From the human T2T-CHM13v2.0 reference genome, Homo sapiens, in the NCBI RefSeq assembly GCF_009914755.1, contig NC_060939.1: a stretch of 64,000 nucleotides of DNA. The stretch is one strand, 5' to 3'. A model generated the notes under the pieces. The model was not told the DNA's origin and did no database searches. It saw nothing but the letters and a program-made list of their open reading frames with translations. Shown one piece after another: positions 30,531-47,953 of this stretch. The position numbers were made by a program, and so were the translations under genes. The stretch's first letter is position 1; the number at the start of each line of letters is the position of its first letter.

Positions 30531-30824
30531 CTCTATTTCTCTTCACTACTTAGAGAATCTGTTCTTCCACTCATGATCTACAAGGATTAAATGTTTCAAA
30601 CAGTTCAAGTCTTCAAAATATGTATTTTGTAAACTTGAATTTTTAGAAATCATTCACAGTATCCATATTATATTTTATTTGCTGCAATGCCCTATACATT
30701 TCCCATATAATGCTCTTGAATATACTTTTACAACTTCAGTAACTTTACCCTTTACTGAATCTCAATCTGTCTCTCCATTTCTCTCTCTCAGCAAATCTAA
30801 ACAAAAGAGAAACATGTCGACTTG

Positions 30825-31180
30825 TGCTATGGTCTAAATGTTTGTGTCTCTAAAATTCATGTGTTGAAACTTAATCTCCAATGCAATAGTATTAAGAGAT
30901 GAAGGCTTTAGAATGTGACTGGCAGAGCCCTCATGAATGGGATTGGTGCCTTTATAAAAGAGGCCTCCAAAATCTCCCTAGCCCCTTCCACCAAGTAAGG
31001 AAGCACAGAAGTCACCATCTATGAAGTAGAGAGCAAGCTCTCGCCAGACACCAAATCTGCTGACACTTCAGTCTTAAACTCCCACCCTCCAGAACTGTGA
31101 GCAATAAATTTCTGTTTTATAGTTGTCTAAATTATCCTGTCTAAGGTGTTTTTTTATAGTAATGTGAATGGACTAAGACA
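30825..31180 (+). mobile_element. MaLR solo LTR (MSTD/MLT1A-like)
   Basis: tgctatggtctaaatg...ggactaagaca; perfect 5-bp TSD acttg. Confidence 0.9.
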
Positions 31181-31259
31181 ACTTGAAAATGCAAGGTACC
31201 ACACCAATAACAAGGAAAATACTCATGTTTTGTAACATTTATTTTATACCAAAGATACG

Positions 31260-31480
31260 CCAATTACTGTATACAAATATATGCCAAATGTTGGGTAAAA
31301 TTCTTTACATAAATTATATTAATCCTGACAACAACCTGAAGGTAGATACTGTTGTCTGCATTTAAAGATGAGGACGTGGGGCTTGAATTAAGTAACTTAA
31401 CTCACATCTCATCATGCTAAATGGCAAAGCTGGGATTCAAACCCTGCTCAGTCGGACTCCCATCAGGCTGCTCTTAGCCT
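31260..31480 (-). mobile_element. MIR
   Basis: aatcctgacaacaacctgaaggtag...catttaaagatgaggac...ctgggattcaaaccc. Confidence 0.75.
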
Positions 31481-31721
31481 GGTTATATTTTGAAGAAAAG
31501 AAGTTCAGAAACTTATCCATAGACATGGCCAGGTAGGGCCAGAGTCCAGACTCAACTGACTGTCAGCCAAGGCCAGCCTCAACTCTTCCATTTTACCTCC
31601 AGCCTGAACAGCTTAAACATTTTTTCTCTTGCCATCTTATTAGAGTACATAATGCCTATAATGATGGGATCCACATGATATAGCATGACAACACTCTGTT
31701 TTAAAAAAGGTGAAATGTAAT

Positions 31722-32355
31722 TTTTTTTTTTTTAAATTTTAAGTTCTGGGATACATGTGCAGGACGTGCAGGTTTGTTACATAGGTAAACGTGTGTCATG
31801 GTGGTTTGCTACCCCTATCAACCTATCACCTAGGTTTTAAGGCCCCCATGCACTAGCTATTTATCCTGATGCTCTCCTTCCCCCCAACCCCCCAGTAGGT
31901 CCCAGTGTGTTTTGTTCCCCTCCCTGTGTGCTTGTGTTCTCATTATTCAGCTTCCACTTAGAAGTGAGAACATGCGGTGTTTGGTTTTCTGTTCCTGTGT
32001 TAGTTTGCTAAGGACAGTGGCTTCCAGCTCCATCTATGTCCCTGCAAAGGACATGATCTTGTTCCTTTCTATGACCGCATAGTATTCCATGGTGTATAGG
32101 TACCACATTTTCTTTTTCTAGTCTATCATTGATGGGCATTTGGGTTGATTCCCTGTCTGTGCTATTGTGAATAGTGAAGCAAAAAACAGACGCGATAGGA
32201 ATGCTTTTACACTGTTGGTGGGAATGTAAATTAGTTCAACCATTGTGGAAGACAGTGTGGCAATTCCTAAAAGACCTAGAACCAGAATTGCCATTTCACC
32301 CAGCAATCTCATTCCTGGGTATATACTCATAGGAATATAAATCATTCTATTATAA
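31722..32355 (-). mobile_element. 5'-truncated, 5'-inverted L1PA (old primate L1)
   Basis: Antisense L1 3' end with poly-T (31722-~32195), then a sense segment of the immediately upstream L1 sequence; TSD tgaaa(tg/ca)taat. Confidence 0.9.
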
Positions 32356-33813
32356 TGAAACATAATGTAAAAATACCTCGAGTGTATTTGTATTTTGGTA
32401 ATATCTGAATAAGACATAAAATATAACGCACACATCTTTATATCGTTTTATCCATATCTCTCTTTCTTTAAATCCTTCTGGTTAAAATTTGTCATTGCCT
32501 CCTGACTATGTATTTATTTTTTCTTTTCTGGAAGAAAGCTCACCTAGGCCTTACTCAAATGCATGTTCTCAATCTTTACCTACCACCCCTCCTGCCTTTT
32601 TGTTCCAGTTTCCTCTTATCATTGTACTGATGTGGAGATAACGAAAGAGAATATCACTGTCAGCCACCAGCAGTGCCTTTTCAGAGAAGAGCAATGGGGA
32701 AGAAATTGAGCAGACAAAGCCAGAATCCCCATTAGCAAACAGAAAGAGGGAGCTCAGGATAACCACATACGTTAATAATTCTTGCCCCCCAAAGGGAAGC
32801 TCTGTAAAATAAGTTGTATTACATCCGTACATAGCAGTACTTTAAATATAACTCTAGCTTAAGTATTTTAAGCATCTCCATGATATGAACCTAAGGGAAT
32901 AAACTCAATAAATCAATATTTATAAGCTCTGTTCACTTATTTCTTGTGGTTTCAGCCACTGATTTCAGAATATGCATGAAAAATACATTTCTTCTGAATA
33001 TTTGATTTCATGATCCCAAGTAGACACATCTCTGTATTGGGTTTCAACAAGTCCACAGAAGTTAAATACCCACTTTTAGCCAGCTTTGATTTTCAGAAGT
33101 TTAATTCTGACATTTAGTGATATACAATATGTAAAACAACCTGGCACTATATCTGTCATATCATAAGTACTTGGCAAATATTTCAGTTTACTCTTTCTCA
33201 TAATTGAATAATGGCTCAATAGTAAAACTCTGTAGGGAAAAATTTAACCTCTTATTTATCAGTTACAAATAGTTTAAGACAGATAATACCCCTTTCCTTG
33301 TTAGCTTTAATGATGAGTCATTAAAATTGTGAGCAATGTATTTATTTTGAGGAAACTATTTTTTACTAAGGATTTTTTTTTTTTTAGAATTTTATGAGTC
33401 TTCAAAATAACTAGAAAATCTTAAAGTGTTACCAAACAGAAGTGGACATTTAATAAACACCTCAACTTTAATACTTACAGAAAATCATTTGAAGGCTGTC
33501 ACTCCTCTGGGTATTATAAATTTTAGCCTCGGTCAAATCAGATCACCAGGAGGCTACAAAGTTGAACTATATTGCCTTAGTTTCCAACAGAGTTTCTTTC
33601 CTTGAATTAAGTTTTGGGGCCATGACCTACTCCTTTTAATAAAAGAACAATACAACAAATAGTCATATGAAATCCATTTTGTTGCCTAATACAAAAATAT
33701 TGTTGAAGAGTATCATAATTCAATGGCCCATATATATAAAATGTCTCAGCAAAGGCACTTATGTCATAATTCAGTACTAGGAAATGATTTCCTTCAGGCA
33801 AGCTCCCCCTTAA

Positions 33814-34112
33814 TTTTTTTTTTTTTTTTTTGAGACAGAGTCTTGCTCTGTTGCCCAGGCTGGAGTGCAGTGGCACCACCCTGGCTCACTGCAAGCTCCA
33901 CCACCTGGGTTCACGCCTTTGTCCTGCCTCAGTCTCCTGAGTAGCTGGGACTACAGGCTCCTGCCACCACGCCCGGCTAATTTTTTGTATTTTTAGTAGA
34001 GACAGGGTTTCACCGTGTAAGCCAGGATGGTCTCGATCTCCTGACCTCGTGATCCGCCCGCCTTGGCCTCCCAGAGTGCTGGGATTACAGGCATGAGTCA
34101 CCGCACCCGGCC
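33814..34112 (-). mobile_element. AluY
   Basis: Antisense dimer; TSD ctcccc(c/a)ttaatt. Confidence 0.95.
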
Positions 34113-35059
34113 CCTCCCCATTAATTAAGGTGAGAAATACATAAATGATGATGGTAGTCATTGACGCACCAGTTACGAAAGAGTGAGGCTGGGTAACTGG
34201 ATGACACCTGCACAGGGCTCTGAGGTCTCAAGGAAAATGACAGGTGTTTGTGTATTTCAAAAATGTGGACATGATGGCATGAGGCCCAGTGAAGAAGGGG
34301 TAGATTATGAATGGTGTTATCCTGAACATAAGGAGACTGAGATAGTGTAGTTTTAAAAATGGCAGCATGAAAAAAGGTGAATGCTAACCCCACCCCACCT
34401 TACGGTAAGTGTCTGAAAAATAATCTTTCCAGGTACTACTAGTAGGTATTCTTAAAGGACAGAGGCAGCTTTCTGTTTGAGTAGGAAGGTATTGGAAGCA
34501 GTATATGAAGGAATAAAAATATAAAAGAGAGAAATATTGGAGCAAGAGTGGGAAGTATGGTTAAAGATAAAGAAATGGCAGAGCACTTTAGGGAAATATG
34601 GTGTGAGACAGAAAAGAGGCATTTTTGAGTGATGAAAATACTAATCATGGCTAACACTTACATAGCATTTATCGTATGTCAAGCATTTACGTGTATTAAC
34701 TGTTATGATGCTCACATTAACCCCAGGAGGTCAGGCCTATCACTTTACAGGAAGTTTAAGCAACTTCTGAAATATTAACAATTCTTCTGAATTGCTTCTC
34801 TGGTGACAGGAATAAGAGTCGCAGTAGCATCAACTTGCTAAAAAGTTTAAAATGGTGCTCAGAATAAAGGTATTTTACTGCTTTTTGAGACTCATTGTAA
34901 AATGGCTTGAAATGTCTTTGCCCTGAATCTCTGCCAGTGGGAAATTGGATGAGTTGCTAAAGAATGTGGAATTAATTATCCAAAAACACTTTAGATATTT
35001 CTCTTTGTATAGGGTATTGTAAATGGTCTTTAGCTAATTCTAATTTAATATCTCACTTG

Positions 35060-35228
35060 TCTCTCTCATACATAGGTATATATGTTATATACACATGTGT
35101 ATGTGTACAATTCAATACATCTATGTGTCTATGTAGCTACCTATGTATGCATGTATGTATGTATGTATCTGCCTATCTATTAATCTATCTCTATGTATCT
35201 ACCTACCTATCTATATCTGTGTCTATCA
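35060..35228. repeat. Compound (TATG)n/(TATC)n low-complexity repeat
   Basis: Direct inspection. Confidence 0.75.
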
Positions 35229-35821
35229 ACTTCAGGAATGCTTGGCATTCTTCTAACATCTGCGGGGTATTTAGGGATTAGGCTATGATGATAGATTTCC
35301 AGCTTCATTTCTTTTTAAAATCTTTTATTCTTCTTGCTCATTTTCCTTTTCCTGTCCCTAAAGGACAGTTTCTCCTCAGTTTAGGACTTCTTCCTTTTGC
35401 TCTCTTATCATTTGCAGACTTTCCGTTCTCAGCCAGAACCTCCCTTTTGTGCACTGTACAACCTGTTGACACTGTCACAGTTGCCACTTGATCATTGCAG
35501 ATAAAGGAGGAAGTAGCAATTCTGGAATGGGTGGCTTATCTCTTGGCTTTATAACTGGATATCTTCATCTGCTATTCAGTCACTCTTTTTTATTATGGAG
35601 ACATGTTTTCTGGGAAAATGCTACCATGAAGCAGGACCAATCTCCAGTTCAAGGTACCTCTTGATTTGTTCATTCCAAAGCATCCCCTGTTAGGAATTAG
35701 GGCTCAGATCATGGGGTCATCTATTCTGTAAGTAAAAGGCTGACAAAAAGTCTGTTACTTCACTGCTCTTTACATTAGGGTAATATTAACAATGGAAATC
35801 CAGTTCATTCAATAAAACAAG

Positions 35822-36597
35822 TGTCGATGAAGAGTCAAACTCGGTAAAATATTTTAAGAGACTTATTCTGAGCCAAATATGAGTGACCATGGCACATGAC
35901 ACAGCCCTAAGGAGATCCTGAGAACACGTGCCCAAGGTGGTCAGGGTGCAGGTCAGTTTTATACATTTTAGGGAGACATGAGACATCAATCAAATACATT
36001 TAAGAAACACATTGGTTTGGTTCAGAAAGGCGGGACAATTCAAAGCAGGGGTGGGGGGGTGCTTTCAGGCTATAGGTAAATTTAAACATTTTCCAATTGA
36101 TAATTGGTTGAGTTTGTCTAAAAACCTGGGATCAAAGGAAAGGATATGTCCAGGTTAAGCTAAAAGATTGTGGATACCAAGGTTCTTCTGAAGTCTTATA
36201 GTGGCTGCCCTTAGAGATAATAGATGACAAATATTTCCTATTCAGACCTTAAAAGGTGCTAGACTTCTACTAATTTCTTCAGGATTGGGAGGGCTTGGAA
36301 GAAAAAGATCTAGTTATGTCAATAGAGATTCTTTACAGATGCATATGTCCCCCAACAAAGGGCAGCTTTGCAGGACCATTTCAAAATATGACAAAGAAAC
36401 TTGCTTTTGGGGTAAAATTTTTTTTACTTTCTTCTTTGTCACATAATGTTATGCCAGAGTCAGATTGCAAAGTAAGCCATGATATATAGGGTTAAATAAA
36501 ATCCATCTGATGAGAATTTATGGTTAGTAGGGGATGACTCCCCAGACCCCTTAGATAAGAATTTGGGCAAAATAAAAAAATCAGAGCTTAGTCTTCA
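35822..36597 (-). mobile_element. ERV1 solo LTR (MER4 family)
   Basis: TG...CA ends; ttattctgagccaaatatgagtgaccatggc...gtgcccaaggtggtcagggtgcag MER4 motifs; 4-bp TSD caag. Confidence 0.88.
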
Positions 36598-36888
36598 CAA
36601 GTTATTGAAAAACAATGAGCTACCAATTTTATTTATTTATATTCTTTCAGTGGTCTTCAACAGGTGGCTCATGAATTCAGATATTTGACAATTTTAATGT
36701 GAAATAAATTTAAGATATTTCAACAACAATCATATAGGAAAATATAGATAAATAAGAAACTATAAAAGTTATACTTTCAAACCTTTCCCTCTCTAAGACA
36801 CATGGTTTACCTGATCTCACACAGATATTGAACATACAATTTAATTTTTAAAATTAATTTTTCTCACTTTAGAAAACTGGCATCTTGA

Positions 36889-37265
<377 letters not shown>

Positions 37266-39154
37266 TTAGACTCAGCCTAGAATTTAAAGCTTAATCAATT
37301 TTATTGATTGGCTTCAAGAATTTTATTGAAATGTCATATATTTATAAATTAAGACTAAGATGATACATATACTATCTACTGATTTTAAAATACAACAAAT
37401 CATTTAACTAAATAAAATTAAAGATTGTAGTCTTTTAAACTTACCAACCAGAAATAATAATAAGCCAGTGAAATAAAAGATGTTCCAATAGAGAAATCCT
37501 TTGTCATTATATGACATACATTTTAATATGTTACACAGATAATCTGTGTATTTAAAATTTAATGATAAAAATTATTTGCAACATTTAACTGAAAAATTTT
37601 TATTCAGAATTTATCTTGAGACTTGCCATGTATTAATATAATTAATGTACCTTATAAGTAAATATTGATTATATTAAATTTTTAGAATTGGGTCGAATGT
37701 GTATCTCCTCTCCTCTGATAACTTAGTTCATTCTATGAAATGGTGCTAGAGACTAAGAAATACAGAGGTTCTGTTATCAAGTGTCATGAACATCAAGTGC
37801 CTTTTTCTCCACTAATGTTAGAATGCCTCTCCAATTATCCTCTTTAGTAAACTGTGAGCTGAAAATAGTGAAGTCTGATATTGCAAACAATGTCTCCAGT
37901 ATAAAGCTTGCTTGAGATGAGAATCTTTTCTAAGAACATTTTTCTTGTCACATAAAGTATGTCACACGGTGGCATATTCCAACTTAAAGTTAACGTGTAC
38001 TAATATAAAGGCCTCAGCGGAATGTATTAAGTGGATTTCTTTTGGCATTGGGTAAAGGAATCTTTCAAGGATTCTGTGGATATACAAACAAGAAACAAAT
38101 TTCAAAAGAAGCATATGCACAAAATTTTTGTAACCGGTTAGAATCATGATCTGGACTAAACACAAACAAGTGAACCAAAGTACAATACAATACAAAGCAA
38201 AAATTAAAAATAAACAGGAAATTTAATTCTATACGATGCAGAAACTATGTGCCAATACTCAGTGTAAACATACACTATTAGGAGGAAGTTGCTGCCACAC
38301 AAGCAGATGACAAAGTTTAAGCAAAGCTGAAGAAGTTAGGTAGTGGCGTGCGGAGGGATCACTTTGATTATTGGCGTAGTTCCTACCCTCCTATTATTCT
38401 GGTTACCATACATTAGTGAGGTGTCTCCAATGGGTTTCGAGGGTTACAAATACCTTCCTGCATATTAGTCTACCTTCCTTAGAACTTCTTAAGATGGGCC
38501 ATTGTCTCATGATACTCAATAATTCAGGAAAATCAATAATTGGGATTAAAATAAACCAATTAATTACATACTTCTTTATCTCAGTGTGACATAAACATAC
38601 ATTTTCAGACAAGTTTTCATTACTGGGCAACTATGGTATCTACCCAATGTTGTGGCCAAAGTTGGAATATTCACAGTTCCCCCATACTTATGCCCTCCGT
38701 GTTTTGGTTTTCCAGATACATGCTGTTGCTTGTACTTCAAATACACTTTCCCTATATCTCTGTCAATTCACGTCTTTCTCAAAAAGAACAGAGAAGTCAA
38801 ATGGCTCCTCTACTAAACCTCTAAACATATATGATTTCTCCTGTCTTGACATTTTTACCAATTCCTATTCTCATTATAAGCTATGGTATCCAACTTGCAC
38901 TTCTCTTCCTCTAACACCCCTGGCTTTCTTACCCCATTGTCTACATAGCTCAACTTCTTGCAAGTTGTCCATTCTTGCTCTCTCCTCTGTCTACAGCGAT
39001 TTGCCTTCTGCTCCCACTGTTCACAAAACTTCTGTCCTCCATGTATTCATTTACAATGTTTTAGCCTTGGGCTGACCATACACCAGCTGTTCACAAAATT
39101 TATGTTGAACTGAATGACACTCGAATCAATAAATAAAGGAAAAAAGGGGAACAG

Positions 39155-39398
39155 AAGGGGAAGCAAACAACATCCTTCTTCACATGATGGCAGAAGGAGA
39201 AATACAGAGCAAAGAGAGAAAAGACCCATATAAAACCATCAGATCTCACGAGAACTCACTATCACGAGAGCAGCAGCATGGGGGTAACAGCCCCCATGAT
39301 TCAGTTACCTCCCACTGGGTCCCTCCCACGACACATGGGGATTATGGTAACTACAATTCAAGATGCGATTAGGGTGGGGACACAGCCAAACTAGATCA
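39155..39398 (-). mobile_element. THE1 LTR fragment (THE1C/D-like)
   Basis: aaaaccatcagatctc...gaactcactatcacgag...cctcccactgggtccctcccacgacacatgggg...ggggacacagccaaac. Confidence 0.88.
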
Positions 39399-40170
39399 GT
39401 GCTACAACTGACTTCACTGTAAATGAGTTTACAATGGGTAACTCCATATTATCTGAACCAAACAGCATAGAGAGACCTCAAGAAGAGTAAAGAAATCTTT
39501 GTCTCATGTACATGGTATACCATCAATAATGAAACTGAGGAAGATTCACGGAGGGAAGTCATCACGCTGCAGCAGGCAATTATATCTAAACCAGTGAGAT
39601 ATGAACAGTGCAAAGAAGAACTAGAACAAAGATACTGTCTGGCATAGAAAGTCCAGTATTAAAGACACAGAAGGCCCTACATTTGTCCAGTAAAGCCATG
39701 CTTGATTAATGCCTTGGAAACCCTGGAGACTGGATCAGAAATCTGTATATAAAATGGTTCTTCCTGGATAAAGTTGAGAGAAAAAGAAAGCTTATTGTGT
39801 TCAAGTAGAAACTGGGATAAGCTGTGGGCCATCTGGCTTTTCTGTTGCAAAAACCAGGGCTTAAATCTACATCTTTCTATAGTCATGAATGAGCAAACTG
39901 ATTTTGAACAATCATCTAACAACGAAATATTTAGGATTCAAAAAGAATGTACTTATGAAAAGAATGTAACACAAGAAACTGAAAATTAGAAAATTTCCCC
40001 TTTTTACACTAAAAAAGACAGAAGAGCCATGACTTTTTAAAAAACTGGAGCAGTAAGCTTGTAGTGGGAAAAGTGATGGTGAGAAGTGCAGGCATAGAAA
40101 GGAAGCAGGTTTAAGTAAGATGAGAAAACACAAGGAAATCCAAAATCCCAAATAAAATAATTTTGCCTTA

Positions 40171-40878
<708 letters not shown>

Positions 40879-40879
40879 T

Positions 40880-41030
40880 TAGCCAAAAATTCATTAAAAA
40901 TAAATATAAATATATTTATATATACATTTTATTCATTCATTATATATACATTTTATTCATTAATAAAATCATTTTATTAATTCAATAAAATGAATTCATT
41001 ATATATAATGAATGAATAAAATGTATTTTT
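40880..41030. repeat. AT-rich palindromic low-complexity repeat
   Basis: 27-bp perfect inverted repeat 40922-40948/41000-41026 plus internal hairpins. Confidence 0.9.
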
Positions 41031-41262
41031 CCATTAGGGATTTAAAAGGAGCATTGGATAAATTAAAAAAATTTTTGTCTTTTCTTTTGAAAAAATAAAT
41101 TTAATGATGTATTTTTGGACTTTGATTAAAAATAATTCAATTTTATCTGTAAGCATAAATATTAGAAATACTCAGAGAAATTTAGCAGAAGGATAAGCAT
41201 CATTTTGTAATGACAATAATTAAGTAGGGCTGCATAAGTGGAAGAATGGACATATAAATGCC

Positions 41263-41845
<583 letters not shown>

Positions 41846-42471
41846 GACAGATTTTATTTCATCTGTAAAGTTCTATAATATCATTCACAATAAAATAAAA
41901 AGATATTATGCAAACCAAACAAAATTTTGCAAGATATGTGATACACTATACATAGAAAATAATTGCATATCAGTAAGAAAATAACTATAAATAGATAAAA
42001 TCCATGAATAGTAACAAAAGTATAGGATATTAGAGAAAAAGTATTTGACAGAATGAAAGAAAAAAATGGTTGTTTTAGGATAAGTGGTATGAGATGCATT
42101 CATGTGTTACTTCATTAGCTTGTATGTATTTAATATATTCTATATGTGTTCAACAATTGATGCAGATTCAAAAACAAAAAAATGTTCGTTTAGTAAGGAG
42201 ATACACAACAACAAAAATTTCCTATAAAAGTGGATTACAATAATGAAAGTATCTAGAAATCTAATTTTAAAAAGTGGTACTCATTATCTGGGATCATCTG
42301 GGAAGAACTCATTTAATAGACCATTTGAGTAGACACTTGAGGATGAAGATAAATTTTCAGGCAGATTAATAACAATGGGGAGAGTTTTCAAGGCAGAGGA
42401 GATGACTTTTATAAAACGAGGAAAGCATGAAGTTTATGTAGCTTGAAAAGTGTGTTGTATTCAGGTAGTAA

Positions 42472-42797
<326 letters not shown>

Positions 42798-42817
42798 ACA
42801 CTCTTGCATTTTTTATT

Positions 42818-43222
42818 GGAGGCTCTGAGGAAAGGTCTGCTTCCACGTTTGTTCAGATTGTTAGCCACACTTAGTTCCTTGAGTAGGTATTATTGCAGTC
42901 CCCATTTCCTTGCTGGCCGTCAGCTGGGACCAGCCTTTCCTCCTAGACTGTCCCTGTTCCTTATGCTTTTTTCATGGGCCTTTCCAGCAGCACGAACATT
43001 TCAAATATCTCTGCCTTTCCCTCCTGCCCCGTCTCTCAGAAATCAACTGCACATGGTCTCAGCTTTTAAGGGCTCATAGTGATTAGATTGGACTCATATA
43101 CGGTCCTCATTTTAATATTCATAATTCTAACTGCAAAGTCTCTTTTGTCAGGTAATACAGCATATTCAGGTCTCAAGGATTAAAGTGTGAGCATCTTTGG
43201 GGGTTTTTATTCTGCTTACAAC
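42818..43222 (-). mobile_element. MaLR LTR fragment (MLT1E/F-like)
   Basis: ggaggctctgagga...ttttaagggctcat...gattagattgga...ctgcaaagtctcttttg...catctttggggg. Confidence 0.65.
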
Positions 43223-43559
43223 ATTTACCTAGAGTATAAATTCAAGACATAAGGCAGAATCTTATGAGAAAAAGAAAGTACTATTTTGAACATACCTGTG
43301 GCAATCCTAAATGGGAATTAGATTCAGATTTGGCAGTTCTGGATAAAAGTGAAGGCTGAAGAAATAATTTGGTAGTCATCATGTTATACATTTTGTAAAT
43401 GAAGCCATTATTATATATGAGAGGGTTAGCATTCACCCAGGGAGACTTCAAGTCAGTTTACAAAGTTAATATTCTATCGCATGTTCAATAGTAGCACCAC
43501 CTTTTATTCAATTGGATAGTAGCCTGGGGTGAAGATTAAAAAGAAAGAAATATAACTAT

Positions 43560-45435
<1,876 letters not shown>

Positions 45436-46375
45436 AAAGTACAGTAAATTAAAAACAAATTGTGTTTCAATAATAAAATATTATTTTAATATCACAAAAT
45501 CAATTATTGTAATTCACTATATTAACAATATGGAAGAAAATCTCATCTCAACAGATGCAGAATATATTTTTTAATATGCAAACAACAATGAAATGTATTT
45601 AATCTGGTGAAAGATAATCATAAAATCTTACAAAAATATTATAATTAATAAGGAAATATGGAAAGCTTTCCTTATGGGATCAGAAACAAAATTCCCTATT
45701 CAGTTCAATAAGAAAAAAAAAGTAAGAATTAGCAAGAAAGAAATACACAGGTCATTATTTGCTAAGGACATTATTGTATATGTAGAATATCTAAAATAAA
45801 ATATTAGAACGAATAACTAAATATAGCTATCAGGATCACTGGTTACAATATGAGCACATAAAAGTCTATTTTATTTCCTTACACTACCAATAACCAATTA
45901 CAGAATAAAATTTTATAAATATACCATTTAGAATCAATATTTTGTTAACTTCATAAATTAACTGGAAAGTTTTTCTTTTGAAATATATTTTCAAAAATTG
46001 AAGAATTCTTCAAGTCAGTTAAATGGTTTTAAATATTTCTGGCCTGCAACAACAAGGTTAAATCTGCATGTGATAATGGATCTCCCTACTGATACTAGAA
46101 CTATCCCATTACTGAAAACCATTTTTAGATATAAATGGCAGGCACTTAAGAATGACTTCATTTCCTGTGGTGTTCCTTTAAAACAATTTTCCAAAACAGG
46201 CAAATCTTGCTCTCTCTCTCTTTCTCTTTAAAAAGTAACACAGGCTTATTTTTAAAGTTGCAATCAAAACAGACAGGTAAAAAGTAGAAAATTAAAATGA
46301 CCCATCAGGCTTGTCTTAAAATTAACTACTGATAATATTTTGGTATATGTCCTCATATGTTTTAACGTATTTTTT

Positions 46376-47953
46376 CAGGTTTGTTCTATCAAAACCTAAT
46401 TTAACAAAATCTGAGCAAATCATCCACTTCCTTTTCTAATATCCCTTTATACTGTGTGTTTATACATGTGGTTATGAATATATGTTCACAAGTGAGGGTA
46501 TATATACACATACACACATACATGTGTGAGATAGAGACATAGGCAGAGGCAGACAGAAAGGCAGAGAATAGCTAGGAAAGTTGAGCTCAATTTAATATTG
46601 TAATTATAATATGCATGCTATTTTAAAATTGCTTTCATTTCTGAATTTAGACAGCATATAGAACTTGATAAATACAGTAATTAGAAATCCGAGAGTTATT
46701 TGCATACTTACACATCTGAAGTATCTTCCTATGTACAGATAAACATTAACCACAATTATCTACACATGTTGCTTGAATTTTTTCCTCCAGCTGTCATGTT
46801 AAAGCCATGATTGACACTTGTTTGCATACGATTTGAGAATTTAATATTTGGTTGAAATTCTCTGATCCTAAAACATACTGCTTGGAAATACACATTTTGT
46901 TTTCATACACATGGGATGTTGCACGCATACCGAAATTAAAGAATTACAATTAGTTGGTACCCAGCTTGCATCCTTAAGCAATCTTTGTAAATACTATTTT
47001 TCTTATTAATGCTGCTTTCTGTTCTCATTAAGTTTCAACAGAGTACTCTCAGTAATTTAAAACATATTGTTCCTTCAGTTAAATAGGCAATTTCCCTCTC
47101 AACAAATGCCTGGACCTTAAAGTAAGGTGTGGAAATGGACAAAATAGTCCCAAATATTTTAACCAGCAATATAAACTTTTGCAATGCTTTTATAGGATGT
47201 TTAAAATAACAAGAAAGACTTGGTTCTCGTGATTTTCACCAACGGTGGTTACAAACAGTCTTCTTCTTTACTATGTTTGAATGGCATATTTCACTTCACA
47301 TATCCTTTACTTGCTGCCAGAGCCTTAATATTGCTAGGGGGAAAAGCTTACCTAGCTCCGTGTTTGTAAATGTCAGCTAGCCAAAAGATATTTGGAAACC
47401 TATAAATGTTCGCCTTTCTAACATTTGCTTAAAGCTATCTGGAATTAACGTTCTCCTCTTTCCTCTTCTCTCACCTCAAGAAAAAAAAATCTGTATACAG
47501 AAGTTGACACAAAATATATTAAATAAAGCTGGTATTCAGCCCTCTTGCATTCAAGCAAGAATTACCCATGTATGTAAAACAGAAGAAAATGTCTTGATAG
47601 TATTCTGTACCCGTGCTGTCAAACTACCCTTTGATATGTCTGCAATTTTCTCAGTAAAACACATTTTGTTTATTTTGGATTAAGAGCAAGCTCTTGCATG
47701 TCTACCAGGATTTATTAGCCTGGTAAAGAGCAGCACTACACAGAAACAACGAATATAATGTGCTCTTTGCTATGGTTTTAAGTTCCCCTTCAAACTCATG
47801 TGAAATGTAATTGCCATTGAAACAGTATTGAGAGGTGGGGGCTTTAAGAAGTCATGCAGGCTGTTGTCGTTTTTTTTTTTTTTCCAGGTTTTTTCTATCA
47901 AAACCTAATTTAACAACATCTGAGCAAATCATCCACTTCCTTTCCTAATATCC
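46376..47953 (+). repeat. Dispersed 69-bp direct repeat (46376-46444 and 47885-47953)
   Basis: caggttt(g/t)ttctatcaaaacctaatttaacaa(a/c)atctgagcaaatcatccacttccttt(t/c)ctaatatcc; 3 mismatches. Confidence 0.95.
47768..47860 (+). mobile_element. MST-type LTR 5' fragment
   Basis: tgctatggtttta...aaactcatgtgaaatgtaattgcca...gtattgagaggtgggggctttaagaag. Confidence 0.7.
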
